A stretch of 64,000 nt of DNA, from assembly GCA_951406725.2 (NCBI GenBank), contig OX597821.1:99262001-99326000 (forward strand). The letters are read 5' to 3'. The notes under the pieces were generated by a model. That model was not told where the DNA came from. It made no database searches and saw only the letters and a program-made list of their open reading frames with translations. Source of the stretch: Octopus vulgaris (Eukaryota). This document shows, piece after piece, positions 24,401-37,859 of the stretch; positions within the stretch are counted from its first letter, which is position 1; each line of letters starts with the position of its first letter. The position numbers were made by a program, and so were the translations under genes.

Positions 24401-26789
24401 CTATCCTCAGCTGTGTCAGGAACCGATTAACCCAGCTCTCTCCACTGTAACAGAGCTTCATCCATCTCCCTGCTGGAACTAGAGCATGTTGAAAAGGAGA
24501 GGATGTTGTCTACCAAAGTGGAGGAAAGAAAACAGGGAAGAGATAGAGATGAACACTTAAGCAAACCCAAGCCCCCAAACTGCTTGTGCGAAGCAGCCTG
24601 GTCACAGGACTCTAGAGAGGGGTTGACATTGACCAAACATTCGAGGTTGTTGAAGCAATAGAGAGACTACAAGAATCTATAAGAGGGACTAACTCTGGAA
24701 AAAAAAAAAATACAATAACTTAGGAATTGACATGTAATTCTTAAGTATCAAAAAACCTTGGTGAGATTCAATTACCTCAAGGTTTTTAATAGTTACTCAA
24801 GGTTAGCCGTCTGAGATTGAAAGATGGACTCAAAAGCTCCATGAGAACACCATGCTGATGTGGGAGGAATTATGATAGAGAGGGAAGGAGTCTGTAACCA
24901 GGTTTACAGTCTGCTGATATGAAGCTTGATAGTTGAGGAGCCAGAGCTCGTATTTGGAACTACTGATACTAAGGCCCCTATGGCCAGGTTCTTCAGTCAT
25001 CATCCTTCCAGCTACAAGGACCTTATCAGGAGCCCCCCCCCCCCCAATAAGTATGGGGTGGAGGTCACTATTGGGCTTTGTGTGAGCAAATAGTTTTACC
25101 CCAAAGAACAGGGCAAATGTAGAGGGGTTCTCCAAGAGCTCAAGACCAGCATTACTGGTTAACAAGGAGATACTATCTTTGAGATGCTGAGATCATAAGT
25201 GATCAATCCCAGCACCAGAACCCACAAGGATGCAGTCACCTTCTTGACATTGTCAGAGGTGGAAATAGGTTATAGAAAACGGTGGGTCAGGCCAGTATAG
25301 GTAATCATCCAAATTGATTAAGAGCATATGTTGTGCACTGAGTGAGGGAGGACAGAGAGGATGCAAACATCCCTTTTAATGTTAAATTCATCAGATTTGG
25401 CATTAATAGCCTTCTTTAAGCTTGGTGATTGATCATTGTTCGGAGTTGTGCTGATCACTGACCTGACATGAACAGAAGTTGGCGTGGAATTGAACGTCTC
25501 AAATTGCCATTTTAGGGAAGTTGTGATGGATCCAGTATTCACGTTTGTCATGTGGCAAGGGACCAAAGGAAATAGGAAGGGTTTCTGTCAATCCGAAGTG
25601 TTGGACAGGCAGATGTTCTTCAACAGCTTGAGGAAAGCACAGGCGAGACAAGTCTGAGCTCTCTTGGGGTTCTGGTTGATGAGCTTCAACTTGGACAAGC
25701 TCTGGGGAGTTGGTGGCAAAATCCTCAACAAGGATCTGGACATCAGAGCTGAAGTGGCATTGGTTGCATGTGCAGTTTGAAAAACTTTTGGTTTGAATCT
25801 TAGCAATGCCAATGCAGCTCCTATGATAACTTAGATTATACAAGTGGCCTTCAAATAGCGACTTCTACAGGTGCAAAGAACACAACTTGGAGGTGAATTG
25901 GCAGCATCAGGATTAGAATTCAGATGAGGGAAGGGTGACGATGGAGGTAGATTCGGAGAGCTGGCTGAACAGCATTAACTCTGGCAGAAGGACTCGGATG
26001 AGGTACAGGAGGTTGATTGAGGCAGACTGGCTGGCTGTTATGGGAGTGTTGGGGGTAAATAAGGGGAGATGGGGCAGCTTAGGTTGAGTGGGGAGCTGGA
26101 TGAAGAGCATTAACACTGGCGATGGGGGTGGAGAACAGGAGGCGATGGCAGCAGGCTAGATGTTACAGGAGTGAATAAAGGGATGAGCAGGACTAATCCC
26201 GACCGAAGATGACTATAGAAGGGGTGGAGAAAAGATAGGGGATACATTTTAACCACACTAGAATGTGACGGAGGTGGAGAGCAGGAAGACGAATGCTGGT
26301 AGGATGTAACAAAATCGTTTAGTCATGCGGGTGTGTTGGTCACTCGCCGCATGACCCTAAAACGGCGGAACTCTGCTTTACGCACAGCATATAGCCCTTC
26401 ATATACTCTTTTACTTGTTTCAGTCATTTGACTGCGGCCATGCTGGAGCACCGCCTTTAGTCGAGCAAATCGACCCCAGGACTTATTCATTGTAAGCATA
26501 GTACTTATTCTATCGGGCTCCTTTTATCGAACCGCTAAGTTACGGGAACGTAAACACATCAGCATCGGTTGTCAAGCGATGTTGGGGAACAAACACAGAC
26601 TCACAAACATATACACACACATACGTATATACGACGGGCTTCTTTCAGTTTCCGTCTACCAAATCTCCTCACAAGGCTTTGGTCGGCCCGAGACTATAGT
26701 AGAAGGCACTTGCCCAAGGTGCCACGCAGTGGGACTGAACTCGGAACCATGTGGCTCGTAAGCAAGCAACTTACCACACAGCCACCTTT

Positions 26790-27215
26790 TATTTTTAAAA
26801 CTTTTCAGAAACTTTTTTGTGAATTTGTGTTCAACACACGAGAATTCATACGACTATGCAGGGGGGGAAAAAATGAACTCTCTCTCAAAAAAAAAACTTG
26901 TGATTTAAGGGGGTATTTAGCTGTTATTTTTAGCACATCTTACGACTACCCTATATCGTCCTCTTTTGTTTGTCTGACAATTGATGCTTTTCAATATGTT
27001 TCTCCCCATTAATACATCTAATGGTATATTGTTGAGATTTAAGCAAAAAGTCCGAACTGTCCGTATTTTAAACCGCGTTAAAAAAAAAAAAATTCCAAAG
27101 ATTAAAAAAAAAATTCCGAAAACTTAAAATTTTTTTTTCTCTCGTAGTCGTGTGAATTCCCTTGCGTAGAACACAAATTCACAAAAGTTTTCTGAAAATT
27201 CCAAAAAAATAAAGA
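26790..27215. repeat. diverged ~85-bp inverted repeat pair (MITE-like)
   Basis: ttttcagaaactttttgtgaatttgtgttc...gaattcatacgactatg pairs with cgtagtcgtgtgaattc...gaacacaaattcacaaaagttttctgaaaa. Confidence 0.6.
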
Positions 27216-27748
27216 AGTTACGAGGGACTATTTTCCGTGCGTACAGCACAATTCCGCCAAGTTTGCATTGAAAAACTTGGGCGTTGTTTTGATATAGGAT
27301 GGTCGTAAGACTATTTATTGCCCAATCGTTTCAGCTAAAAGTTTGAATGTTTTTCCTTTGACCCATTAATTAATTTTTTTTTTTTTTTTTGCTCATCGAA
27401 ATGGAGTCATCTCCCTTCACAACTTATTGCTTTTGGTTAGTTTTCTGTTATAATTTCATTTGTTTTTAAAAGAAAATTGTAATCGATGTATAAACAAATG
27501 TGTACAAACCATTTTATACAAAAAGAAAAAAAAAAATTCGGATAATCAAGAAGGGTCACTAATCAGTTATAGGTGCAGGCGTGGCTGTGTGGTAAGAAGC
27601 TTGCTTCCCAACCACATGGCTCTTGATTCAGCCCTACCTTGGGCAAGTGTCTTCTACTATAGCCACGGGCCGACCAAAGCCTTGAGTGGATTTGGTAGAT
27701 GGAAACTGAAAGAAGCCCGTCGTATATATATAGAGACCTCACTCTCCA

Positions 27749-29422
27749 GTGGGCCCTCTTCGCAACCCTCACACAAACCAGATCACTGACGACCCCAAGG
27801 AATGCGCGGAACTCATTGCCGAGTGCTATGCAAACATATTCACTGTTGAAAGTCAAAATGTACCATCTTCACCAACACTAACAGCGAATTCCATAACAAC
27901 TATGGAATTTACACCTGCAATGCTGCGACGTCACCTTCAAAATAAGCGCAACTATGCCTCCCCTGGTCTCGATGGAGTTACATACCTGCTTCTCAAACGT
28001 GGCAGGTACTTCCTTTTACACCAGCTTTCTATTTTCTTCCAGTACTGTCTCAACAATGGTGCTACTCTGGAGCAGTGGAAAACTGCCAATGTCATTCCTC
28101 TGTTCAAAAAGGGCGACCGCACATCACCTGTCAACTATCGCCCAGTCAGTCTCACTAGCTGTATTGCAAAACTGATGGAATCGTGTGTCAGAGAAACACT
28201 CTGGAACTTCTGGAGCTCTCACAGTCTCATCCGACCCTCACAATATGGATTTGTCCCTAACTCCAGCTGCAGTGATCAGCTTGTCGAGTTCCTTGAGGAT
28301 ATTACTCAGATCACTGACAGTGGTTCATGGGTGGATGTTGTCTACCTTGACTTTGCTAAGGCTTTCAACTCTGTGCCACACAAAAGGCTTATGGTGAAAC
28401 TCTCTGCAATGGGTGTGAGGGATGACCTTTTTAACTGGTTGAAATCCTTCATCCTCAGCCGAAAGGAGGTAGTCACAGTTCTAGGACAGCACTCTACACC
28501 ATATGAGATGTCATCGGGTGTACCACAGGGATCTGTCCTTGGTCCCCTCTTGTTTGTGGCATACATTAATGACATAGATGCCAATTTAAAGAATGCCACA
28601 GTATTGAAATATGCAGACGACATCAAGCTGTACCTTGAAATCAAGAGGACAGATCCTGATGTCTACAACTCTTTCCTGCAATCAGACCTAGACACAATGC
28701 AGCAATGGATCACAGACTGGCAACTGAAACTGGCTGTGGACAAGTGTACCGCCATGCATTTTGGGAGAAAAAACCCTGCGTCCACATACTCCCTCCACAA
28801 CACTGATATCAAGAAATCCTCTTGCGAGCGTGACCTAGGCATCACTGTCAGCAGTGATTTGCGTTGGACAAAGCATATTTCTAAAATTGTCAAGAAGGCC
28901 GAGGGTGTCTTGGCATCACTCAGCAAGACTTTTGTTAGCCGCTCTCCAGCCATCTATTTAAAACTGTATACAGCTATGGTACGACCACACTTGGAATTCG
29001 CATCATCAGTTTGGAACCCCTATCTTGCTCAGAACATTGACCTCCTGGAATCTGTCCAGAGACGTGCAACCAAACGCATACCCTCCATCAGACACCTACC
29101 ATATTCTGAGTGCCTTGTTTCCCTGGGCATGGATTCACTGAAGCTCCGGCGTCTGGCGACGGACTTGGTAAACACCCACAAAGTTATCAACCACCTCACC
29201 AACAACAACACTGAACACCTTTTTGATCTCCGTGTGTCTAACACACGTGGACATGCCTACAAAGTCAGAAAACAACACAGCTCCCATGACTTTCGGAAAC
29301 ATTTTTTCACGCTCAGAGTTGCTGAAGCATGGAATAAACTGCCTGCGTCAGTTGTTGACTGCCATGACACTGCATCCTTTAAGGCCCTCATGCTTTCCGA
29401 AATCCGCCGAAACTACACCTGA
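27749..29422 (+). CDS. reverse transcriptase of a 5'-truncated CR1/Jockey-group LINE (element ~27731-29507)
   Basis: Uninterrupted 557 aa with NYRPVSLTS, YLDFAKAF, GVPQGSVLGPLLF, YADD and ERDLG motifs. Short 3' UTR and (ATT)n tail; inserted into the (TA)n tract of a family A SINE; no endonuclease domain. Confidence 0.93.
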   Translation: MGPLRNPHTNQITDDPKECAELIAECYANIFTVESQNVPSSPTLTANSITTMEFTPAMLRRHLQNKRNYASPGLDGVTYLLLKRGRYFLLHQLSIFFQYCLNNGATLEQWKTANVIPLFKKGDRTSPVNYRPVSLTSCIAKLMESCVRETLWNFWSSHSLIRPSQYGFVPNSSCSDQLVEFLEDITQITDSGSWVDVVYLDFAKAFNSVPHKRLMVKLSAMGVRDDLFNWLKSFILSRKEVVTVLGQHSTPYEMSSGVPQGSVLGPLLFVAYINDIDANLKNATVLKYADDIKLYLEIKRTDPDVYNSFLQSDLDTMQQWITDWQLKLAVDKCTAMHFGRKNPASTYSLHNTDIKKSSCERDLGITVSSDLRWTKHISKIVKKAEGVLASLSKTFVSRSPAIYLKLYTAMVRPHLEFASSVWNPYLAQNIDLLESVQRRATKRIPSIRHLPYSECLVSLGMDSLKLRRLATDLVNTHKVINHLTNNNTEHLFDLRVSNTRGHAYKVRKQHSSHDFRKHFFTLRVAEAWNKLPASVVDCHDTASFKALMLSEIRRNYT

Positions 29423-29471
29423 TTATATATACACTTTAGATGAGTTGTAGTGCACCTGAGCACTGTACACA

Positions 29472-29513
<42 letters not shown>

Positions 29514-32500
29514 GTGTGTGTGTGTGTGTGTTTGACCCCCATTGCTTGATAACTGATGTTGGTGTGTTTGCATCCCCATAACTTAGTGGTTCGGCAAAAG
29601 AGACCAATAGAATAAGTATTAGGCTTACAAAGAATAAGTCCTGGGGTCGATTTGTTTGACCAAAGCTGGTGCTCCAGCATGGCCACTCAAATTATTAAAA
29701 CGAATAAAAGAAGCAATTATTTTTCATAATACTCACACGAAAGAAAAACTAGTATTTACTGAAAAGAAATTTTTGAGGTACCCCAAAACAATTGGAGTAT
29801 TTTTCTAAACCACAGAAAAACTATCATTATTGATTAATTGGAATATAACAAGCATGTAAATAGTACGTGTGTAATACAAAACCACATTAAAACTGGCCCA
29901 TGAGCCTTGCTAGGCTTGAAAAGGGCGCATAAATAAAAAAAAAATAGTTAAGGGATATAAGTTTTAAATAACTTTTGAATTTAGCCACCCAAAACTAAAA
30001 GACTGAACTAATTATAGCAGAATGGAAGCAGATTGAGTTACTTGGGTAAGTTTTAGAGTAAGCTTCTTTAACTCTTTCATGACCATGTTTCTTTTGAAAT
30101 ACACTATCTGTGTGTTTTAATTAATTTTGAAGAGAATGAATTTGGAATGATTTAGTAAAATGCATTACTGTTTAAAACAAAGACAAAAAATGCAAGGGGC
30201 TGGTACAAAATTATTATTGACAGAGTTGTTAGTTGTTGAATAGAATGCTGTTCATGTGTTCAAATTCCACCAATACCAACTTTACCTTTCATACTTTTAG
30301 GGTCGATAAAAGCAAAAAAAAAAAAAAAAAGTACTAGTCTCAGGCGGTGGAGTGATAGAACTAGAACATTGGACTAGATGCCTTGCAGTACTAGTTCTAG
30401 TTCTTTGTGCTCTGAGCTCAAATCATGCCTTGGACAATTTAATCTGTGGCCCATTTTAACATCACCACCTGGCACCTCAGGTGCCTTTAGGGGAGCCTAC
30501 TTTGTTGGGAGCCTTTAGGCCAGGTTTCCTTCCTCTGTCCAGCCAATCTCAGAGACTCTGCAAAGGATCATGATTACTCTCTTCTCTCTGCCTAAAAGAC
30601 AAAAAAAAAAACAACCTAAAATTAGTACAAAAGTAGTTAACCTTTCAGCATTTAAACTAGCCATATCCAGCCAAAATATTCTACTTGTTTCAGGTTCAAA
30701 CTGGCCAGATGTGACCTCTCGTACCAACCCTACAATATCATTCTCAAAAATTAACTGTTACTTCATCAAAATCTCAAAACTACAAAACACTGTGAATAGG
30801 TAGATAAGCATTACTTTTGGTAGAACAATGTGAATGCTAAAGGGTTAATGTAAAGAATTTCTTGATTACAACATTGTTTGTAAAGATGTTTGATTCCCGT
30901 GTTTTTTCTCTTTTTTTCTTGACCTCTGTAAATCTTCAATCTGTAATTTCAAGTTAGCCTTGTTGGTCCTTGTTCTACTCTGAGCTAGATACAGTCGGCC
31001 ATGTCTGAACACAGGTTGCAGCAGGAACAATCCTACTTTACTAAAAGTTTGGCCTTACGATTCGTTTGTCATCATTGCAAGTGGCAGAATAACTGGAAAT
31101 TATCTGTTTTCCAGTCAGAATGGTAAGATTGTATCACTTGGAGTCAATTCATATCTACCTTGCTGCCTGTCTCACTCCCCACCTCACTTATTCAATCTCC
31201 TTTAAAAAGCATCCTATTAGATTCATTGCTTCTTCATCTTGTTATTTCACACACTGTCTATTCTCTCTCTGTCTCTCTTAAAAATGGTATGGTTTACTGC
31301 CATCTTCTTTGAAGTAATTCTTAGTCTTACTGCTTGAAGCCTTGCTCTGTTCTTTTGTGTTTCTGCTGTTCGAAGTCAAGCAGTTTCTCTGATTGAGAAC
31401 TTGGTCTGTTTAACTTACCATTTACATATTTGAACTGGAGGCTAGACATACTCTTTTACTCTCTTATTTGTTTCAGTCATTTGACTGCGGCCATGCTGGA
31501 GCACCGCCTTTAGTCGAGGAAATCAACCCTAGGACTTATTCTTTGTAAGCCTAGTACTTATTCTATCGGTCTCTTTTGCCAAACCGCTAAGTTACGGGGA
31601 TGTAAACACACCGCCATCGGTTGTCAAGCAATGTTGGTGGGGACAAACACAGACACACAAACAAACACACATATATATATACATATATACGACGGGCTTC
31701 CTTCAGTTTCCATCTACCAAATCCACTCACAAGGCTTTGGTCAGCCCGAGGCTATAGTAGAAGACACTTGCCCAAGATGCCACGCAGTAGGACTGAACCT
31801 GGAACCATGTGGTTGGTAAGCAAACCACTTACCACACAGCCACTCCTGCGCTGTTATGTTAAGAAGTTTGCTTCACCATCATATAATTCTGGGTTCAGTC
31901 ACACTGCATGCACACTTTGTGCAAGTCTATCTTCTACTGTAAACTCATGTTGACCAGTTGCTTGTGAATGAAATTTGAAAGACAGAAACAGTTGTTGTGT
32001 GTGTGTGTGCATTTACACTGTTTAAAACCAGCTTTGTTATGCCCTCTAATTTAGGGGTTTGATGAATACAGATCAATAAAATAAGTACCAGATTGAAATA
32101 CTGGGATCAATATGATTAACTAAACCCTTGAAGTTGTGCCTCAGTCTGTTTGTAGTCTGTTGACTGAATCTAGTAGAAGGAAATTCACTTCTTATTCCCT
32201 TGCTTTCCTTTATTATTCTCATTCTCATGCTTTGTTATTTCTTCTCTTCTTTCTCATTTTTCCATGCCATCATGGGTTACACAAATATATTGTTGCAGCC
32301 CTATTTTATAGCAGGATGCTCTTGTTGTTGCTAACCCTTTCCTGTGTAATGTGCACATATATATCATCATCATCATCATTTAGCATCCGCTTTCCATGCT
32401 AGCATGGGTTGGACGGTTCAACTGGGTCTGGGAAGCCAGAAGGCTGCACCAGGCCCAGTCTGATCTGGCAATGTTTCTACGGCTGGATGCCCTTCCTAAC

Positions 32501-32560
32501 GCCAACCACTCCATGAGTGTAGTGGGTGCTTTTTACATGCCACCGACACTGGTATCACAG

Positions 32561-32608
<48 letters not shown>

Positions 32609-34119
32609 CTTTACTACCCACAAGGGGCTAAACACAGAGGGGACAAACAAGGACAGACAAAGGGATTAAGTCGACTACATCGACCCCAGTGCGTAACTGG
32701 TACTTAATTTATCGACCCCGAAAGGATGAAAGGCAAAGTCGACCTCGGCGGAATTTGAACTCGGAACGTAACGACAGACGAAATACGGCTACGAATTTCG
32801 CCCGGCGTGCTAACGTTTCTACCAGCTCGCCGCCTTGAATATACAATAGCAAAATAATATATATATATATATATATATGCAAACACATGTATGCTTGCAT
32901 ATTTCACAAGTGTTTGAAGGCCCAAATCTTGCAAATTATTAGCTAACAACTTCAGCACTGCTGGTAGCTCAGTGGCAGTAGAAGCACAAATAAACACACA
33001 CATCACCATCACCATAATAATAATAGTAATTTAACATCCACTTTTCCATGCACAGAATTTGTTGAGGCAGATTTTCTGTGGCAGAATGCTCTTCCTGCTC
33101 TTGATCCTCACTTTTTTGAAGCAAGGTGATATTTTCCCATCACTGGACAAGCTTTTCTAGGAAGACTGGAAGTGAACAACATTACTTGTATGATGATGAC
33201 ACACACAAAATATATTATTCCTCCTTTCCTGTTTGCTTCTTAGTCAAAATCTGCTTCCGTCTCTCTTCATTTTCAAACATTTCTACCAGAGACAACATCT
33301 ATGAAAGCTGTAGTCCTTGTTATATGCTTGTCATCTCTGCTTTGAGAGTTATTGTCTATTATTTTTCACTTGACACCAAGAAGTAAACAGTCTTAACTAT
33401 GGAATAAAATTGCAGACATAATCTATCCATAATATTATTTTGCTATTGTATGACTGTCATGGTAATGCTCTGATAATTTTTAATACACTGTATTATATTC
33501 TTTTTATCATATCAGAGAAAATATCATATTGTTAGTTTTGAACGGATAGTCCTAGTTTCCAGTGAATGAAATATAGTAGCTGTACCACTGAGCTGTGGAT
33601 TCTAAAAAAAGAAAGAACATATAAATAAATAGGTACAGGTGTAACTGTATGGTTTGCTTTGTAACTATGTAGTTTGTAGTTCAGTCTCATTGTGTAACAC
33701 CTTAGCCAAATTCCTTCTGTTATAGTGTCAAGTTGATTAATGTCTTGAGTGTAATTTGGTATACAGAAACAGTTTGAAAGCCCATTCATCATCATTTAGC
33801 GTCCGTTTTCCATGGACGGTTTAACTGGGGTCTGTGAAGCCGGAAGGCTTCATCAGGCCCAGTCAGATTTGGCAGTGTTTCTACGGCTGGATGCCCTTCC
33901 TAACGCCAACCACTCCGTGAGTGTAGTGGGTGCTTTTTACGTGCCACCTGCACAGGTGCCAGACAGAGCTGGCAAACGGCCATGAATGGATGGTGGTTTT
34001 TCGTGCCACCGGCACGGGGGCCAGGCGAGGCTGGCAACGGACACGAACGGATGGTGCTTTTACGTGCTACCGGCACGGACACGAATGTATTTATTTGTAT
34101 ATGTGTGTATATAATAATA

Positions 34120-34875
34120 ATAATAATAAAGGGTAAAATTAATTAATAATTAATAATTTTACCAAGTAGTTTGGTATGTTAAAAGAACCATTATCGGTAA
34201 ACTTAAACAAAAATTTTATAATTATGAGTATAATTATAATTAGGGTTCAGCAAAAATTTGCTTCATCACATACCGAAATTTAGAAATAGCAGTTAAAACT
34301 AACTATTTCACTACCATAAGAAAATCTCTCAGACAGTAATACTCAATAACTCACGCAGGTAAAGAGAAAAAAAATAACAAATCCACCCAGCTTTGATTAA
34401 CTGTATACGCGTTTCAGAGTTAGACAGATGTGAAAAATGTAAAATCATATTTCCACTCTATCATTCTCCTCTTCAGTACAGTAATTCAAGATTTTAAATT
34501 TGAGAGCACTGCAAAAATTAACATACTTATCTGACCAGGTGACATCAGACAACGTATATCCAATGACCAGTACTTCTGAATTCAAACAGACGAATGAGAT
34601 CTCCTATTCCTCCTCACTCACCCAGAAAAAAAACTAGTTTACTTTCACTTCTATCTAAATCCAAAATGCGTATTCAGTTAATCAAAGCCTGGTGGATTTG
34701 TTATTTTTTTTCTCTTTACCTGCGTAGGTTGTTGAGTATTGCTGTCTGAGAGATTTTCTTATGGTAGTGAAATAGTTAGTTTTAATTGCTATTTCTAAAT
34801 TTCGGTATGTTGCGAAGTAAATTTTTGCTGAACCCCAATTATAATTATACTCATAATTATAAGAATTTTTGTTTA
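34120..34875. mobile_element. fold-back PLE-type terminal repeat (arms ~34205-34425 and ~34651-34874)
   Basis: The arms are reverse complements; the longer arm ends in (TTA)n on the minus strand and carries a hammerhead. Confidence 0.75.
34393..34489 (-). ncRNA. minimal type I hammerhead ribozyme
   Basis: Minus strand: ACTGTA CTGAAGA GGAG...CTCT GAAA CGCG TA TACAGT. Perfect 6-bp stem I (extendable), palindromic stem III ACGCGT, GUA triplet. Confidence 0.85.
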
Positions 34876-36026
34876 TATAAATAAATAAATGGAGTTTAAC
34901 GCGGGTATAAATCAAATACTTTTACTTCCGACACGTTTCAAAGATTTCACTGATATTATTTATCTATATATTATACTTAAAATTCCACGTAAACCCGAAG
35001 TTTCTACCTTTAAAAACAAGGAGTTACAACCTCTTTACTTGTGTGATTTTTTGCTACCCTGGTAACTATTTATCTATTTTTTCCGTGTTTATTGTTAACA
35101 AGGGAAAAATACACTCATCTATATATATTCAAATTTGTAGCACCAGTTTTCTGTAGCTACTGTAATTGTTGAGTATATAAACAGATTGGCTGCTTGTTTC
35201 TTTGGGATTAGTCAAATTGATGTAGACACTTCTGATGAAAATTGATTAAGGTTGATCATCATTTTTTTTTCAATCTATGGAGAATTAGCTAACTTAACCC
35301 TACTTATATATCTACTATATAGGTTACATAGACACAGACATCATCACCACCACCATCATCATCATCATTTAATGTGCGTTGTCCATGCTGGCATGGGTTG
35401 GATAGTTTGATTGGGCTGGCACACTAGAAGGCTGCACCAGACTCCAGTCTGATTTGGCATGGTTTTCTATCGCTGGATGCCCTTCCCAATGCCAAACACT
35501 CCAAAAGTGTAATAGGTGTTTTTATGTGGCACCGACACAGGTGCCATTTGCACAATACTGGTATCTACCATGACTGCAATTTTGCTTGGTTTGATGGGTC
35601 ATATATATACGTATATATATATAATGCTAGAACTGTCTGACTGGCCCTTGTGGCGGTGGCACATAGAAAGCACTCACTACACTCTCGGAGTGGTTGGCAT
35701 TAGGAAGGGCATCCAGCTGTAGAAACTTTGCTAGACCAGATCGAGTCTGGTGCAGCCTCTGGCTCACTAGACCTCAGTCAAACCGTCTAACCCATGCCAG
35801 CATGGAAAGCGGACATTAAATGATGACACTGATGATGAATGTGTGTGTGTTTGTATGTATATATATATATATATATACGCACGATGGGCTTCTTTCAGTT
35901 TCCGTCTACCAAATCCACTCACAAGGCTTTGGTCGGGTGCCATGCAGTGCAACTGAAACCGGAACCATGTGGTTCGTAAGCAAGCTACTTACCACACAGC
36001 CACTCCTATGCCTATGATTATATACA

Positions 36027-36087
<61 letters not shown>

Positions 36088-37739
36088 GAGCTGGCAAGCA
36101 GAGCATTGTGCTGAGCTCTACTGTTTGAACTGTCAGGTGTTGTCTACAACAGATGAGGTTTCTGCAATTTTTCGCTGAACAACCTGCACAAATGATTTGT
36201 CTATAGTGGTCAGCTGTGTGTGTTGTGCATTAGCTCACACTCCCTCCATTAAATCGACATTGCCTGTACAGGTGCACAGTGTGTGACATGTCAGATGTTG
36301 AAATGATTGCAGAGCAATGTAAAATGTTTTGCTCAAGAATACAATGCACCACCCTGTCCAGGAATTGAAACAACAATCTTATGATTGTGGGTGCAACACC
36401 CTAACTACTAGGTCACATTTCTTCACTAATTTGGGACATATTTTATCAATCTGATTAATAAACTATGTCCCAAACTTAAACATAATTACTGGTGTGAATA
36501 TTCTTGATTAAACCCTTGAAGATTATACTCTAGTATGGCCACATCTGTGGAGGCGCATGGCTTAGTGGTCAGGATGTCAGCATCATGATTGTAAGATTAT
36601 GGTTTTGATTCCTGGACCGGGCAATATGTTGTGTTCTTGAGCAAAACACTTCATTTTGCATTGCTCCAGTACACTCAGCTGGCAAAAATGAATAAAGCTG
36701 CGATGGACTGGCATCCTGTCCAGCTGGGGAACACATACGCCATTGAAACCGGGAAACCGGGCCCATGAGCCTTGCTAGGCTTTAAAAGGGTGCATTTATT
36801 TATTATTTTATTATGGCCACATCTAATAACTGGTAAAGGACTAAATGAATAAAATCTACATATATTTATATATACCATACTTGGTTTAAAAATATTTATT
36901 TATCAATCAGTCTTACAAATGAAATAGCTGTCAAAATGTCTTTGATTTTATTCCATAGTTTGAAGCTTGACACCAAAGATAGGTAGATATTGTTTTATTA
37001 ACCCTTTAGCATTTAAGCTAGCCATATTCAGCCCAGATATTCCACCTGTTCAAACAAGCCAGATTTGGCATCTTACACCTACCCTGTAGTGTCATCCTAA
37101 GAATAAACAATCCCTTCATTGAAATCTTGAAGCTACAAGATAAGGCATGATTAATTCAAGACAATGTGAATAAATTAGTGTTAGAGTTGACAGAGTAATT
37201 TGTATGCTAAAGGGTTAATGTACAGGTAGTAAGCTATCAAATTCATTTTGTTTTATGTATGTTTTCACTGACTTTATATTGATGCTAAAAACCTTTTAGA
37301 AAGCTGAGCTGCTTGTTATCAACTTGATTCATCATCATCGGCATTTAATGTCCATCTTCTATGCTGGCACGGGTTTGACAGGAGCTGGCCAAGTAGAAGA
37401 CTATATCAGGTTGCTGTGTCTGTTTTTGCATGGTTTTTACAGCCAGATGCCCTTCCTAACACCAACAACCCTGCAGAGTGCACTGAGTGGTTTTTACATC
37501 GCACCAGCTCGGGTGAGGTTAGTTTTGGCATGGTTTTGGAAGGATGCCCTTCCAAATGCCAACCACTTAACAGTGGACTGGATGCTTTTTATGTGGCACC
37601 ATCACCAGCAGGGTCACAAAGTAACTTGCAAGCAAGTAATTTTCAGAGGAGTTGATCTTGTGTCAGATGATGAAATTAATATATATTTCAATTACTTTTC
37701 TCTCTCTCATTGTTTTTTTTCTTCCTTTTTTTAATGCAG

Positions 37740-37859
37740 GCACCTTGCTGCAACAAGGTATATGTATGCCGGGTATGCCATGATGATGTTGAAGATCACA
37801 CTTTAGATCGGACTACAGTTGAGGAAATAGTGTGTAACAAATGCTCAACAAGACAGCCC
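37740..37859 (+). CDS. RCHY1: RCHY1 exon 2 (APCCNKVYVCRVCHDDVEDHTLDRTTVEEIVCNKCSTRQP)
   Basis: Polypyrimidine tract and cag acceptor, gtaagt donor, 120 nt, CHY zinc-finger motif. Confidence 0.95.

Noticed and set aside
23392-26400. Several 60-120 aa ORFs in GC-richer sequence
   Set aside because: No recognisable domain; probably decayed retroelement sequence that cannot be assigned by eye.
34920-35300. Additional hammerhead halves (gaaacgtgtc on minus ~34930; ctgatga at ~35232)
   Set aside because: They lie on opposite strands and neither has its partner core with a convincing stem; probably decayed PLE ends, but not supportable.
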